Source of the DNA: Rickettsia typhi
Lineage (GTDB): Bacteria; Pseudomonadota; Alphaproteobacteria; Rickettsiales; UBA1997
Assembly (NCBI GenBank): GCA_945862455.1
Contig: CAMAXU010000004.1
Location: 1 to 63,234, forward strand
Reading direction: 5' to 3'
DNA: 63,234 nucleotides
Shown here: positions 37,654-47,909 of the stretch, piece by piece
Layout: each line of letters opens with the position of its first letter
Position numbering within the stretch: position 1 is the first letter of the stretch
Position numbers and translations under genes: made by a program
The notes under the pieces: generated by a model
Told to the model about the DNA's origin: nothing
The model's input: only the letters and a program-made list of their open reading frames with translations
The model's database searches: none

Positions 37654-38918
37654 ATTTCTTTTTCTTCATCTTCCAAAAACTGAAATTCTTCATTTTTATT
37701 TCCCGAAACTACATCAGTTAAAATTTTTCCTGAAGCAGCTGACAAAGTCCATCCCAACGATCCATGTCCTACATTGAGAACTAAATTTCCATATTTCTTA
37801 ACTTCGCAAATTAACGGAATTGAATTTGGACGAAATGGCCTAAAGCCCGACCAATCTTGAATCTGATTAAAATTTCCGAAATCAGAAAAAGTTGCAAACA
37901 ATGCTTTCTTCAAAAAATTAACGTGTTTTTTATTTTTACTATTTCTTAACCAGCAAACTTCAACAGTGCCTGCTGCACGAAAAATATTACCCAAACGACT
38001 ATAAACAATTTTATTTTCAGTATCGGTTAATGCCATGTTTGGTGCAATAAACTCTTCATCAGCATTGATTGAAAGGCTATAACCTTTCAAGGGATAAATT
38101 TGGGGGTTAATTCCAATTCCGGTTAAAAGATTGTTTCCGTAAGCGCCAAGTGCATAAACATATTTATTAGCAACAAAAATTCCTTTGCTGGTATTGATGC
38201 CCGTTACCTTCTCATAATTAGTAAAAATATTTCGCACATCAACGTCATATTCAAAAACTACGCCATATTTTTCGCGACAGATTTTTTCCAAAGATTTCGT
38301 GAAAATCATACAATTGCCACTTGTATCCATCTCATAAAAAATACCGCCACATAATTTTCCTTCATCAAAAATGCGAACCAAAGTCGGCTCTTTTGTAACG
38401 CATTCTTCGGCAGTTAAAATTTGTGCTTTGCAACCAATTGAGTTGTGAAATTCTGCTTCTTTAATTGCTGATTCGAATTTTATTGGATTGCGGTAAAAAT
38501 GCAGAATGCCCTGTTTTTTATAGTCAAATTTGATATCTGTTTCTTCTTCTAAAATCTGCTCTAAAACCTTTTTACTGTAGGATGAAATCTTGAAGAGTTT
38601 TTTGCTGTTTTCCTGTGATTTTTTAAGCGAAGAATTTTTGTAAAATTCATTTGCCCAAATAAAAAATCTTTTACCGAATAAATCAGAAATCGTCAAAAAT
38701 GATCCAGAAATAAAAGCCGCTTTCAACATTGCCCATGATGAAGCTTTTGCCGCCCAAGTTTCAATGTGAGAATAGCTCAATTGTCCGCCATTGGCATAGG
38801 AGCAGCCCATAGCCGAGGAAGAATTTTTTTCAAGCACAATGACTTTATGTCCAGCACGGGCTAGAAAATAAGCACTCGTAACACCAATTACGCCAGCGCC
38901 TAAAACTATCACTTTCAT
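37644..38918 (-). CDS. dadA: D-amino-acid dehydrogenase (FAD-dependent)
   Basis: 424 aa. MKVIVLGAGVIGVTSAYFLARAGHKVIVLE, ...GGQLS, and a C-terminal GHGSLGWT block. Confidence 0.85.
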   Translation of the reverse strand: MKVIVLGAGVIGVTSAYFLARAGHKVIVLEKNSSSAMGCSYANGGQLSYSHIETWAAKASSWAMLKAAFISGSFLTISDLFGKRFFIWANEFYKNSSLKKSQENSKKLFKISSYSKKVLEQILEEETDIKFDYKKQGILHFYRNPIKFESAIKEAEFHNSIGCKAQILTAEECVTKEPTLVRIFDEGKLCGGIFYEMDTSGNCMIFTKSLEKICREKYGVVFEYDVDVRNIFTNYEKVTGINTSKGIFVANKYVYALGAYGNNLLTGIGINPQIYPLKGYSLSINADEEFIAPNMALTDTENKIVYSRLGNIFRAAGTVEVCWLRNSKNKKHVNFLKKALFATFSDFGNFNQIQDWSGFRPFRPNSIPLICEVKKYGNLVLNVGHGSLGWTLSAASGKILTDVVSGNKNEEFQFLEDEEKEIYL

Positions 38919-38993
38919 CGCAAAAATTTTTTTTTAAATTGAATCTGAATAACGGCTCTAAAAATGTGAGCAAAGCTAATTTAATAATCTAAA

Positions 38994-41810
38994 ATGCTAC
39001 ATAACCCCAATATTTTCAACATTCCAGCAAATTATCATTTTTTCGGATCGCTTTTTGACTGGCTTGAAAATAATTTTTCGGGTCAGATTTCGGAAGTAAA
39101 AATCTTTTTGCCAAATCGCCGTTCATGTCGCGAATTTGGGGAATTATTTTTAGCTAAAAATAGCAATATAATTTTGCCAAAAATTAAGGCAATTTCTGAT
39201 ATTTCTTATGAAGATTTTTTTGACTTTTTGCCAAATGTTGAAGCCAAAGAAATTATCAGCGAACTATTGCAAATCAAGTCTTTATCCAATTTAGAATATC
39301 TTTTTTTTCTAACTAAAGAAATCCAAAAACTCGCAATTTTCGGCGACAATCTTGAATTTGATCAGGCCTTTAAAATTGCCACTAATTTGCAAAGTCTTTT
39401 CGATGATATTGAGCGTGATGAAATTGATTTAAATATATTGGATGAAATTGACGATTCTAATCTTTCTCGGCATCGCCAATTAACGCTGGAATTTTTAAAA
39501 GATTTTCACGTTCAAATTAAAAATTCATTAATCAAAAAAAATATTTTTTTTAGCTCTTCAAGCCAAAATTTTATAATTCAGAAATTGGTCTACTTGCTTG
39601 AAAAATATGGCTCAAAATCTCCAATAATTATTGCCGGATCAACTGGAAGTGTCTCATTTAGCAAAAAATTAATTAAGACAATTTCTAAAAAAAATTACGT
39701 TATTTTGCATGGCGCAACTACGGAAAGTTATGAGATAGAAAATCATCCACAATTTTTCTTAAATTGTTTAAGTGAATTTTTAGAAATTAATAAAAATACA
39801 ATCAAAAAAATTTCTAATGATAAATTTATTTTAAGCGACGAGACCAGACAAAATCTAATTTCGTTAATGATGTTGCCAGCAGAAAAAACTATAAAATGGC
39901 AAGAAATTTCACAGCATTTAGATATTAAAAAAACTGCGCTCGATTTAGAAAAAAACTTTCTATTAATTGAGGCAAAAAATGAAATTGAAGAAGCTAAAAT
40001 TATTTCATTAGCGCTGCGCGAAGCTTTAAATAATAAAAAAAATGCGGCCGTAATTACAAATAATGATAAGCTGGCGAAGCTTATAAAACTTGAGCTTGAA
40101 CAGAATTTATTGCCATTTAACGACACCAGAAATTTAAGTATTTTCAATTCTAATCTGGTTAATTTTTTACTGCTAATTCTGGAATTAGTCGAAAGTGATT
40201 TTAATTCGCATAATTTGCTAGCACTTCTTAAAAATCCCTTTTGTTTTTATTCAAAAAATCCTGATCTTTTGGCTGATTTTGAAATCAAGATTTTGCGCCA
40301 AGATCGTGTAGATTCGGGAATTTCTGGCATTTTAGAAAAATTAAAAAATGAAGAAATTTTAAACAATTTTTTTATCGAATTTTGTAAAAATATTTCTTGC
40401 TTAAAACAAAATTCTCAACTCGCTTTAGCCGCAGAAAATCTGATCAAAACCGCAGAAAATCTTAGTCAAAAAACTTGGAACCAATTGCTTGAAGGCGAAA
40501 CTGCTCAAATTGAAATTTTCGAATTTTTTGAAAAATTAAAATCACAAAACGAAGCCGTGCTTAAACCAAAAAATATTCTTAGCACTTTTAAAACTTTATT
40601 TTCTCAAATTAGTTATTTTGAAAAATCAGATTCTAAAGCTCCGATCCAGATTTTATCAACTATTGAAGCGCGTTTGTTAAATTTTGATTTAGTAATTATA
40701 GCTTCCTTAAACGAAGGAGATTTTCCTGAAATCGCGGTGGAAAATTGGCTGGGAAAAAAGATAAAAAAAGATTTAGGAATTGATAAAACTTTAAAAAAAA
40801 TCGGGCAAAATGCTTATGATTTTTGCAATTATTTATCGAATGAATCAATAATTCTAACTCGCTGTAAAGTCAGGAATGGCGCGGTTTTAATTGAATCGCC
40901 CTTTCTCTTAAAATTCAAAACTATTTGCCAGAAAATTGGAGTGAAACTTAATTTAGGAGAAAAATATTTTACGCAGTTAAAAAATTTAAACAGCCCGCAA
41001 ATCAGACAAATTAAGGATCCAAACCCCAAACCTAAAGTTGAATTTCGTCCTCAAAAAATTTCGGTAACTGATATTTCGAAATTAATTTCTGATCCTTACG
41101 AAATTTATGCTAAAAAAATTTTGCAGCTTGAAGAATTAGAAAAAATTGATTTTGAACCTTCTTACGCAGAGTTTGGAAGCTTTATTCACAAAGCTTTAGA
41201 AGAATTTGTAAAAAATCCGCAACAATTAGATTTTATTAAAAAAGCAGAAGGGATTTTTGAAGAATATTTTTTGTCCAACGAATCTAAATTAATTTGGTGG
41301 TCAAAATTTGAAAAAATCTTTGCTGATTTTGCGATTGAAAATCAAAGGTTTTTAAATTCAGAAAACTATGTGGAAATCCCAGCGGAATTAAAGATTTCGC
41401 AAATTACGATTCGTGGAAAAATTGATCGCGTAATTATTGATGAAGAAGGTTTTGCCGCGATTTTTGATTATAAAACCGGACAAGTTCCAGCTAAAAAAGA
41501 AGTGTTTTCTGGTGCAAATCCGCAACTTACAATCGCAGCTTTGATGCTGCTTGAAGGCGCAATTGAAGGTGAGATAAAAAAACTGGATTTAGAAAAAATT
41601 ACTTCCCTAAATTATTGGAAATTATCCGCCTCTTCACTTAGTGAAATTAAAAATATTTGTGAAAATAACGAAGAAATACAAATTTTAGCTTCCGCTGCGA
41701 AAGCAGGTTTGGAAAGGCTTTTTGCGTATTTTTGCGACGAAGAAAATGGTTATTTGGCAACTGGCAAAAATTTGCGAAGCGAATATCGCAATCTGGCAAG
41801 AATTGAGTAA
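38994..41810 (+). CDS. addB: Double-strand break repair protein AddB (alphaproteobacterial type, PD-(D/E)XK nuclease C-terminus)
   Basis: 938 aa. Degenerate IIIAGSTGSV N-terminal motif and a C-terminal nuclease block FGSFIHKALEEF...RGKIDRVII...IFDYKTG. Confidence 0.75.
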   Translation: MLHNPNIFNIPANYHFFGSLFDWLENNFSGQISEVKIFLPNRRSCREFGELFLAKNSNIILPKIKAISDISYEDFFDFLPNVEAKEIISELLQIKSLSNLEYLFFLTKEIQKLAIFGDNLEFDQAFKIATNLQSLFDDIERDEIDLNILDEIDDSNLSRHRQLTLEFLKDFHVQIKNSLIKKNIFFSSSSQNFIIQKLVYLLEKYGSKSPIIIAGSTGSVSFSKKLIKTISKKNYVILHGATTESYEIENHPQFFLNCLSEFLEINKNTIKKISNDKFILSDETRQNLISLMMLPAEKTIKWQEISQHLDIKKTALDLEKNFLLIEAKNEIEEAKIISLALREALNNKKNAAVITNNDKLAKLIKLELEQNLLPFNDTRNLSIFNSNLVNFLLLILELVESDFNSHNLLALLKNPFCFYSKNPDLLADFEIKILRQDRVDSGISGILEKLKNEEILNNFFIEFCKNISCLKQNSQLALAAENLIKTAENLSQKTWNQLLEGETAQIEIFEFFEKLKSQNEAVLKPKNILSTFKTLFSQISYFEKSDSKAPIQILSTIEARLLNFDLVIIASLNEGDFPEIAVENWLGKKIKKDLGIDKTLKKIGQNAYDFCNYLSNESIILTRCKVRNGAVLIESPFLLKFKTICQKIGVKLNLGEKYFTQLKNLNSPQIRQIKDPNPKPKVEFRPQKISVTDISKLISDPYEIYAKKILQLEELEKIDFEPSYAEFGSFIHKALEEFVKNPQQLDFIKKAEGIFEEYFLSNESKLIWWSKFEKIFADFAIENQRFLNSENYVEIPAELKISQITIRGKIDRVIIDEEGFAAIFDYKTGQVPAKKEVFSGANPQLTIAALMLLEGAIEGEIKKLDLEKITSLNYWKLSASSLSEIKNICENNEEIQILASAAKAGLERLFAYFCDEENGYLATGKNLRSEYRNLARIE

Positions 41811-41816
41811 AATAAT

Positions 41817-42563
41817 ATGCGCTACAAACTAACCGTTGAATATGACGGCAAAAATTATTTCGGATTTCAAAAACAAATTGATTGCGCCAATAAAACTATC
41901 GAAGGCTTGTTGGAAGATGCTATTTTTAAATTAACTAATGAACGCACGAAAATAATCGCCTCTGGTCGCACCGATGCTGGCGTTCACGCTTCGGGTCAAG
42001 TTATTCATTTTGATTTGGAAAAAGATTTCGATGATTACAAATTCATGATGGGCATTAATAATTTTTTGCGCGAAGAAGAAATTTCAATTCTTAATTGCCA
42101 GAAAGTTGATAAAAATTTTCATGCCAGATTCAGCGCCAAAGCACGCCATTATCGCTATATAATCATTAATCGCCGCGCTCCACTCACTTTTCAAAAAAAC
42201 CGCGCTTGGCATTTTTTTAGCGAAGATCTTGATGTTGAGTTAATGAAAGAAGCGACAAAATTTTTGATCGGAGAGCATGATTTTTCTTCCTTTCGTGATG
42301 CACAATGTCAGGCAAATTCAACAATTCGCACTATCGATAAAATTGAGATTACGCAAAATGATGATGAAATTTTAATCGATATCAGCGCCAAATCATTTTT
42401 GCATCACATGGTAAGAAATATTGTAGGAACCCTTGCTTGGATTGGATCAAAAAAGATTTCACCAATCGAAATGAAAAAAATTTTAGAAAGCCATGATCGC
42501 ACAAAATCCGGACCAAACGCACCGGCATTTGGGTTGTATTTTCTTAGGACAGATTATGATTAA
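41817..42563 (+). CDS. truA: tRNA pseudouridine(38-40) synthase
   Basis: 248 aa. Catalytic-Asp motif GRTDAGVHA and the HHMVR block. Confidence 0.93.
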   Translation: MRYKLTVEYDGKNYFGFQKQIDCANKTIEGLLEDAIFKLTNERTKIIASGRTDAGVHASGQVIHFDLEKDFDDYKFMMGINNFLREEEISILNCQKVDKNFHARFSAKARHYRYIIINRRAPLTFQKNRAWHFFSEDLDVELMKEATKFLIGEHDFSSFRDAQCQANSTIRTIDKIEITQNDDEILIDISAKSFLHHMVRNIVGTLAWIGSKKISPIEMKKILESHDRTKSGPNAPAFGLYFLRTDYD

Positions 42564-45133
42564 GTTACACTAAAATCTAAATTCTCACCGTTCGCTTTAA
42601 TCACAATTGATTGACCATCTTGAATATCACCTTTCAAGATCATCTCCGCCAAAGCATTTTCAATATCTTTTTGAATCACTCTTTTCAAAGGTCGAGCGCC
42701 ATAAGTTGAACTGTAACCTTTTGCCGCCAAATAATTTTCAGCTGTTTTATCAAGCTTAATTATAATATTTCTACCAACCAATCTTTTGGCGAGCTTTGCG
42801 AATTGAACTTCGACAATGGCTTGCATATTTTTTCGACTCAATTTGTTGAATAAAATTATCTCATCTAAACGATTCAAAAATTCTGGCCTAAAATGCTCGC
42901 GAACCACTTCCATTACTTTATTTTCAACCGTTTTAACATCTTGATCTTCATCAAGTTCAGTCAAAAATTGTGAACCCAAATTTGAAGTTAAAATAATTAT
43001 CGTGTTAGAAAAATTAACAATGTGACCCTGCCCGTCTGTAAGTCTGCCATCATCTAGAACTTGCAATAAAATATTAAAAACATCGTGATGCGCTTTTTCC
43101 ACTTCATCAAATAAAATCACCTGATAAGGACGGCGGCGCACGCTTTCAGTTAATACGCCACCTTGCTCAAAACCAACGTAACCGGGAGGCGCGCCAATTA
43201 ACCTTGCAACCGCGTGCTTTTCCATAAATTCACTCATGTCAACGCGTAGCATTGCAGAATCATCATCAAAAATAAATTCTGCCAAAGCTTTAGAGAGTTC
43301 AGTTTTTCCAACTCCCGTTGGACCTAAAAATAAGAATGAACCAATTGGGCGACTTGCTTCCTGCAAGCCAGCGCGTGAACGACGTACAGCGCTTGAAATT
43401 GCATGAAGCGCATCATCTTGGCCAATTACTCTTTGGCGTAATAAATTTTCCATTTTTAGCAATTTTTCTTTTTCGCCAGAAAGTAATTTATCCAAAGGAA
43501 TTCCGCTTACTTTCGCAATAATTGCCGCAATATCATCTTCTGAAACTGATTCACGAATCATAGTTTGCGACACAGATGTTTCTAAGGCTGATTGCTCTTT
43601 TTGTAATTCCGGAATTGTACCATAAGTTATTTCACCCGCTTTAGTTAAATTGCCTTCACGCTGCGCTTTTTCGAGTTCAAATTTACTATGTTCAATTTTG
43701 CTTTTAAGTTCGTTAATTTTAGTGCGCTTCATTTTTTCAGCCTGCCATGAAGTGGTAATTTCAGAAGATTTTTTTTCTAAATTTTTTAACTCGGCAGTAA
43801 TTTTTTCTAAACGATCTCTGGAAGCTTTATCATCTTCTTTTTTCAAGGCTTCGGCTTCGATTTTTAACTGGATAATTTTGCGATCCATTTCGTCAAGTTC
43901 AGTTGGCTTAGAATCGAGTTCAATTTTTAAACTGCTCGCCGCTTCATCAATTAAATCAATTGCTTTATCGGGCAAAAAACGATCAGTAATATAGCGATCC
44001 GACATTGTGGCTGCTGCAACCAAAGCTGAATCTTTAATTTTGATTCCGTGATGAACTTCGTATTTTTCTTTAATGCCGCGTAGAATTGAAATTGTGTCTT
44101 CAACGCTTGGCTCTTCAGTATAAATCGGCTGAAAACGGCGTGCTAAAGCAGCATCTTTTTCAATATATTGACGATATTCGTTAATAGTTGTTGCGCCAAT
44201 ACAATGAAGCGTTCCGCGCGCTAAAGCTGGTTTTAATAAATTTGAAGCATCCATCGCGCCATCAGTTTTTCCGGCGCCAACCAACAAGTGCAATTCGTCA
44301 ATAAAAAGCACAACTTCATCATTACTTTCCACTTCGTTTAAAACTGCTTTTAAACGCTCTTCAAATTCACCACGAAACTTTGCGCCCGCAATTAAAGCGC
44401 CCATGTCAAGTGCCATTAATTTTTTATCTTTTAAACTTTCAGGAACATCGCCATTTACAATTCTTTGCGCCAAGCCCTCAACTATCGCAGTTTTACCAAC
44501 TCCCGGCTGACCAATTAAAACGGGATTATTTTTGGTTCGACGCGATAAAACTTGCATCGCGCGGCGAATTTCTTCATCGCGACCAATCACGGGATCAATT
44601 TTTCCTTCACGAGCTTTTTTGGTTAAATCTTGTGCATATTTTTCAAGTGCTTGATAAGTGGTTTCGGCGGAAGCGGAATTAGCTTTTTTACCACCACGAA
44701 TTTTTTGAATTGCCGCGCGAAGCCCTGTAACACTAACTCCAGCAATTTTTAGAGCTTTGGCAGCTTCGTTTTTTTCATCTTCTAAAATCGCCTGTAAAAT
44801 GCGTTCAACAGTGATAAATTGATCAGAGTTTTGATTGGCTAATTTTTCTGCCAAAAGCAAGACGCGCGCCAATTCCTGAGACATTGAAATATTTCCAGCG
44901 CCACTTCCTTCAATTTTTGAAATTGCATTTAAAATTCTCTGACTTTCAGCTTTTAAAATTTCGATATTTCCGTCACAAAAAGTGACTAATTTTTGCGTCA
45001 ATCCATCTTGATCTGATAACATTGCTACAAGCAAATGTTCGGGTAAAAGTTTTTGATTTGAGTTTCCTAAAGCTAATGTTTGCGCTGTTTGCAACAGGCT
45101 TTGCGTTTTTTCAGTGTAACGATCCAGATTCAT
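42560..45133 (-). CDS. clpB: ATP-dependent chaperone/disaggregase ClpB
   Basis: 857 aa. Clp-N repeats, two AAA+ modules (GQPGVGKTA and GPTGVGKTE), and a long middle coiled coil. Confidence 0.97.
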   Translation of the reverse strand: MNLDRYTEKTQSLLQTAQTLALGNSNQKLLPEHLLVAMLSDQDGLTQKLVTFCDGNIEILKAESQRILNAISKIEGSGAGNISMSQELARVLLLAEKLANQNSDQFITVERILQAILEDEKNEAAKALKIAGVSVTGLRAAIQKIRGGKKANSASAETTYQALEKYAQDLTKKAREGKIDPVIGRDEEIRRAMQVLSRRTKNNPVLIGQPGVGKTAIVEGLAQRIVNGDVPESLKDKKLMALDMGALIAGAKFRGEFEERLKAVLNEVESNDEVVLFIDELHLLVGAGKTDGAMDASNLLKPALARGTLHCIGATTINEYRQYIEKDAALARRFQPIYTEEPSVEDTISILRGIKEKYEVHHGIKIKDSALVAAATMSDRYITDRFLPDKAIDLIDEAASSLKIELDSKPTELDEMDRKIIQLKIEAEALKKEDDKASRDRLEKITAELKNLEKKSSEITTSWQAEKMKRTKINELKSKIEHSKFELEKAQREGNLTKAGEITYGTIPELQKEQSALETSVSQTMIRESVSEDDIAAIIAKVSGIPLDKLLSGEKEKLLKMENLLRQRVIGQDDALHAISSAVRRSRAGLQEASRPIGSFLFLGPTGVGKTELSKALAEFIFDDDSAMLRVDMSEFMEKHAVARLIGAPPGYVGFEQGGVLTESVRRRPYQVILFDEVEKAHHDVFNILLQVLDDGRLTDGQGHIVNFSNTIIILTSNLGSQFLTELDEDQDVKTVENKVMEVVREHFRPEFLNRLDEIILFNKLSRKNMQAIVEVQFAKLAKRLVGRNIIIKLDKTAENYLAAKGYSSTYGARPLKRVIQKDIENALAEMILKGDIQDGQSIVIKANGENLDFSVT

Positions 45134-45169
45134 AAAATTACCTATTTCAAATAATTAACTTACAAATTT

Positions 45170-45631
45170 TTAAATAGTAAATTGACGGATTTTTTTCAAT
45201 AATTGATCTTCAATTTCTTCAGCAGTTTTAACAAAAAAATCACGTTCAAATAAGCCGAAATGTGGAATTATTAATTTTTCTTCGATGTTAATTTTTAGAT
45301 CTTCAATTGCCAAAATATCAATGTCAATCTCTCGCGGCGACCATCTTTGCGACTCTTTTCGTCCTAATTTTTTTTCAATTTTTTTAACTATTTCTAAAAT
45401 TTTTTCTGGCGCAAATTTTTTCAAATCAATATCGGCAGAAAATGCAATATTATAAAATTCTACATCCCATTCTTGTGGTGAATTTGGCAAAAGCATTGCT
45501 GGATTTTTGAAAATATTTGATCTTTTTGGCGAAGTTAAAAATAGCTCTGAAGTCAACTCTTGAATAGCTTGGTCAAGGTAGAAATTCTTGTCACCTAAAT
45601 TTGATCCGATACCAAAAATTATACGTTTCAT
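45170..45631 (-). CDS. folK: 2-amino-4-hydroxy-6-hydroxymethyldihydropteridine pyrophosphokinase
   Basis: 153 aa. GIGSNLGD N-terminus, RWSPREIDIDIL, and LIIPH motifs. Confidence 0.88.
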   Translation of the reverse strand: MKRIIFGIGSNLGDKNFYLDQAIQELTSELFLTSPKRSNIFKNPAMLLPNSPQEWDVEFYNIAFSADIDLKKFAPEKILEIVKKIEKKLGRKESQRWSPREIDIDILAIEDLKINIEEKLIIPHFGLFERDFFVKTAEEIEDQLLKKIRQFTI

Positions 45632-45654
45632 TTGTGTTTTTAAGTTGATTTTAG

Positions 45655-45912
45655 TCCGAGCGGACCCCGTCGTGAAGACGGGGTGACAGCCTAGAAGACG
45701 GGGTGACAGCCTAGAAGACGAGGTGACGAATTAGAAGACGATATGACAGTTCAGAAAAAGATGTGACAGTTGTTAATGCGAGATGATAGTTTAGAAAAGG
45801 AGGCGACAGTTTAGAAAAGGAGGAGACAGTTGTTAATGCGAGATGACAGTTTATAGTTTGCATAAAAACTAGATACATTGTCACCCCGTCTTCACGACGG
45901 GGTCGGCTCGGG
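45655..45912. repeat. 258-bp palindromic element (family copy 3) whose loop is expanded by a tandem array
   Basis: The 34-nt arms 45655-45688 and 45879-45912 are 32/34 complementary. The core is the same as copy 2 (GGACCCCGTCGTGAAGACGGGGTGACA). Confidence 0.9.
45683..45862 (+). repeat. Nine degenerate 20-bp direct repeats ((G/A)TGACAG-N13) nested in the palindromic element
   Basis: The units are GTGACAGCCTAGAAGACGGG, GTGACAGCCTAGAAGACGAG, GTGACGAATTAGAAGACGAT, ATGACAGTTCAGAAAAAGAT, GTGACAGTTGTTAATGCGAG, ATGATAGTTTAGAAAAGGAG, GCGACAGTTTAGAAAAGGAG, GAGACAGTTGTTAATGCGAG and ATGACAGTTTATAGTTTGCA. Phase is exactly 20 bp throughout. Confidence 0.85.
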
Positions 45913-45929
45913 TTTAATAAAAGAAATAA

Positions 45930-46919
45930 CTAAAGTTTAATTCCTACTTTTTCTAAATCAGACTCTACCATCATTTTAACCAATCCTTTGAAATCAACTT
46001 TCGGCTTCCAGCCAAGTTTTTGGCGCGCTTTAGTTGAATCACCAATCAATAAATCAACTTCTGCCGGACGGAAATATTTTTCACTAATTTCCACATGTTT
46101 TTTCCAATCTAATCCAACTAATCCAAATGATTCATCCAAAAATTCTTTTACTGAATAAGTTTCACCAGTAGCAACAACATAATCATCAGCTTCATCTTGC
46201 TGAAGCATCATCCACATTGCTTCTACATAATCACCGGCAAAACCCCAATCGCGTTTGGCATCGAGATTTCCTAAATAAATTTTGTCAATTTTTTTAGACA
46301 TAATATCAGCAAGACCGCGAGTAATTTTTCTGGTTACAAAAGTTTCACCTCTTCTTGGGGATTCGTGGTTAAACAAAATTCCACTGCAAGCATAAATTCC
46401 ATAACTTTCGCGGTAATTTACGGTAAGCCAGTGCGAGTAAAGCTTGGCACAAGCGTATGGGCTACGCGGATAAAATGGAGTAGATTCACTTTGTGGAATC
46501 GCCTGAACCTTTCCAAACATTTCACTTGATGAAGCTTGATAGAATTTGGTGTTAATACGGGTATCTTTAATGGCATCAAGAATTCGGCAGGTGCCAGTTG
46601 CGTCTACATCGGTGGTATATTCAGGAATATCAAAACTTACTTTTACATGGCTTTGCGCCGCCAAATTATAAACTTCATCCGGCATAATTTTTTCAAGTAA
46701 ACGAGACATATTTGAGGCATCTGCCAAATCACCGTAATGCAAAAAAAGTTTAACAGCAGAAATTTTTGGGTCGGTATAAAGATGATCGATACGACCAGTG
46801 TTGAAACTGCTAGAGCGTCTAATCACACCGTGAACTTCATAGCCTTTAGCAAGCAAAAGTTCGGTTAAATAGGATCCATCTTGACCGGTAATTCCCGTGA
46901 TTAGCGCTTTTTTAGTCAT
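45930..46919 (-). CDS. gmd: GDP-mannose 4,6-dehydratase
   Basis: 329 aa. [27 protein letters not shown], catalytic YACAKLY, and HESPRRG. Confidence 0.93.
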   Translation of the reverse strand: MTKKALITGITGQDGSYLTELLLAKGYEVHGVIRRSSSFNTGRIDHLYTDPKISAVKLFLHYGDLADASNMSRLLEKIMPDEVYNLAAQSHVKVSFDIPEYTTDVDATGTCRILDAIKDTRINTKFYQASSSEMFGKVQAIPQSESTPFYPRSPYACAKLYSHWLTVNYRESYGIYACSGILFNHESPRRGETFVTRKITRGLADIMSKKIDKIYLGNLDAKRDWGFAGDYVEAMWMMLQQDEADDYVVATGETYSVKEFLDESFGLVGLDWKKHVEISEKYFRPAEVDLLIGDSTKARQKLGWKPKVDFKGLVKMMVESDLEKVGIKL

Positions 46920-47107
46920 GTCGATTATTTTTGATTTTGGAAAGAAATTTTATTTTTAAATAACGAACTTTCTTGATGCAAGAATTTTGATGCTATTAGC
47001 TGCCTATCAATCATAATAAATTCATGTAAATTTTTGTTGTAAAGATTACGCAAGCTTTTTAATTTAATGCCCATCTCGTTTTGACGTAAATAAATTCTCC
47101 TTACATA

Positions 47108-47530
47108 ATGACAGAAAAGAAATCTGGTTCACAAAGACCAACCTCTCCACATTTGCAAATTTACAAATGGAATATTTCTTCTTTGGGCTCAATCATGCAC
47201 CGCTTAACTGGCGTGATGCTTTACTTCTCAATCATCGCCATTTCTTGGTATATCGTTTATTATACTTACCAAATCAATATCGCCGAATCTTCTGAAAACT
47301 GCGATTGTCCGATGAATGAAATCATCAACAATCTTTTTGCTCTGGCGGCAATTGGTGTAACTTTTGCTCTTTACTATCACTTCTGCAACGGCATTCGTCA
47401 TTTATTCTGGGACATGGGCAAAGGTTTTGAAAAATCAACCGTCAAAAAAACCGGACTTCTAACCATAGCTCTTTCATTGATTTTTACTGTACTAACAGTT
47501 GGCGTGACTCTTTACCTAAAATATTTCTAA
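47108..47530 (+). CDS. sdhC: Succinate dehydrogenase cytochrome b556 subunit
   Basis: 140 aa with 3 TM segments and RPTSPHLQIYKW. First gene of the sdhCDAB operon. Confidence 0.9.
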   Translation: MTEKKSGSQRPTSPHLQIYKWNISSLGSIMHRLTGVMLYFSIIAISWYIVYYTYQINIAESSENCDCPMNEIINNLFALAAIGVTFALYYHFCNGIRHLFWDMGKGFEKSTVKKTGLLTIALSLIFTVLTVGVTLYLKYF

Positions 47531-47534
47531 ATTT

Positions 47535-47897
47535 ATGAATAAAATTAAAATTGCTCCTTCAACCAAAAGCGGCGTACATCACTGGCTGATGCAAAGAATT
47601 TCGGCAATCGCCTTAATTCCATTAATTTTTTGGTTAGTTCTTTCATTCACTCAAATCGCTGAAGATCCTCAAGGTTATTTACCGGTTTTTTTCGCTTATC
47701 CACTTAACGCAGTGCTTGGAATTTTATTGATTACAACCTCACTTTATCACGGCGCTTTGGGACTTCGCGTTGTTATCGAAGATTATATTTCAAACAAAAC
47801 CAAAATGCATTTTTACATTATGCTGGTAAATTTTCTTTCGATCGTAACCTCTGTAGCAGTGGTTATATCAATAATCAGACTTCACTTAATTGGATAA
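47535..47897 (+). CDS. sdhD: Succinate dehydrogenase hydrophobic membrane anchor subunit
   Basis: 120 aa with 3 TM segments and HHWLMQRISA. Position in the operon supports the call. Confidence 0.88.
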   Translation: MNKIKIAPSTKSGVHHWLMQRISAIALIPLIFWLVLSFTQIAEDPQGYLPVFFAYPLNAVLGILLITTSLYHGALGLRVVIEDYISNKTKMHFYIMLVNFLSIVTSVAVVISIIRLHLIG

Positions 47898-47909
47898 TAT
47901 TTAAAAAAA

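Noticed and set aside
45683-45862. The 20-bp direct-repeat array, considered as a CRISPR array.
   Set aside because: The units are contiguous with no unique spacers, are only 20 bp long and degenerate, and sit inside a palindromic repeat element. No cas genes are in the window.
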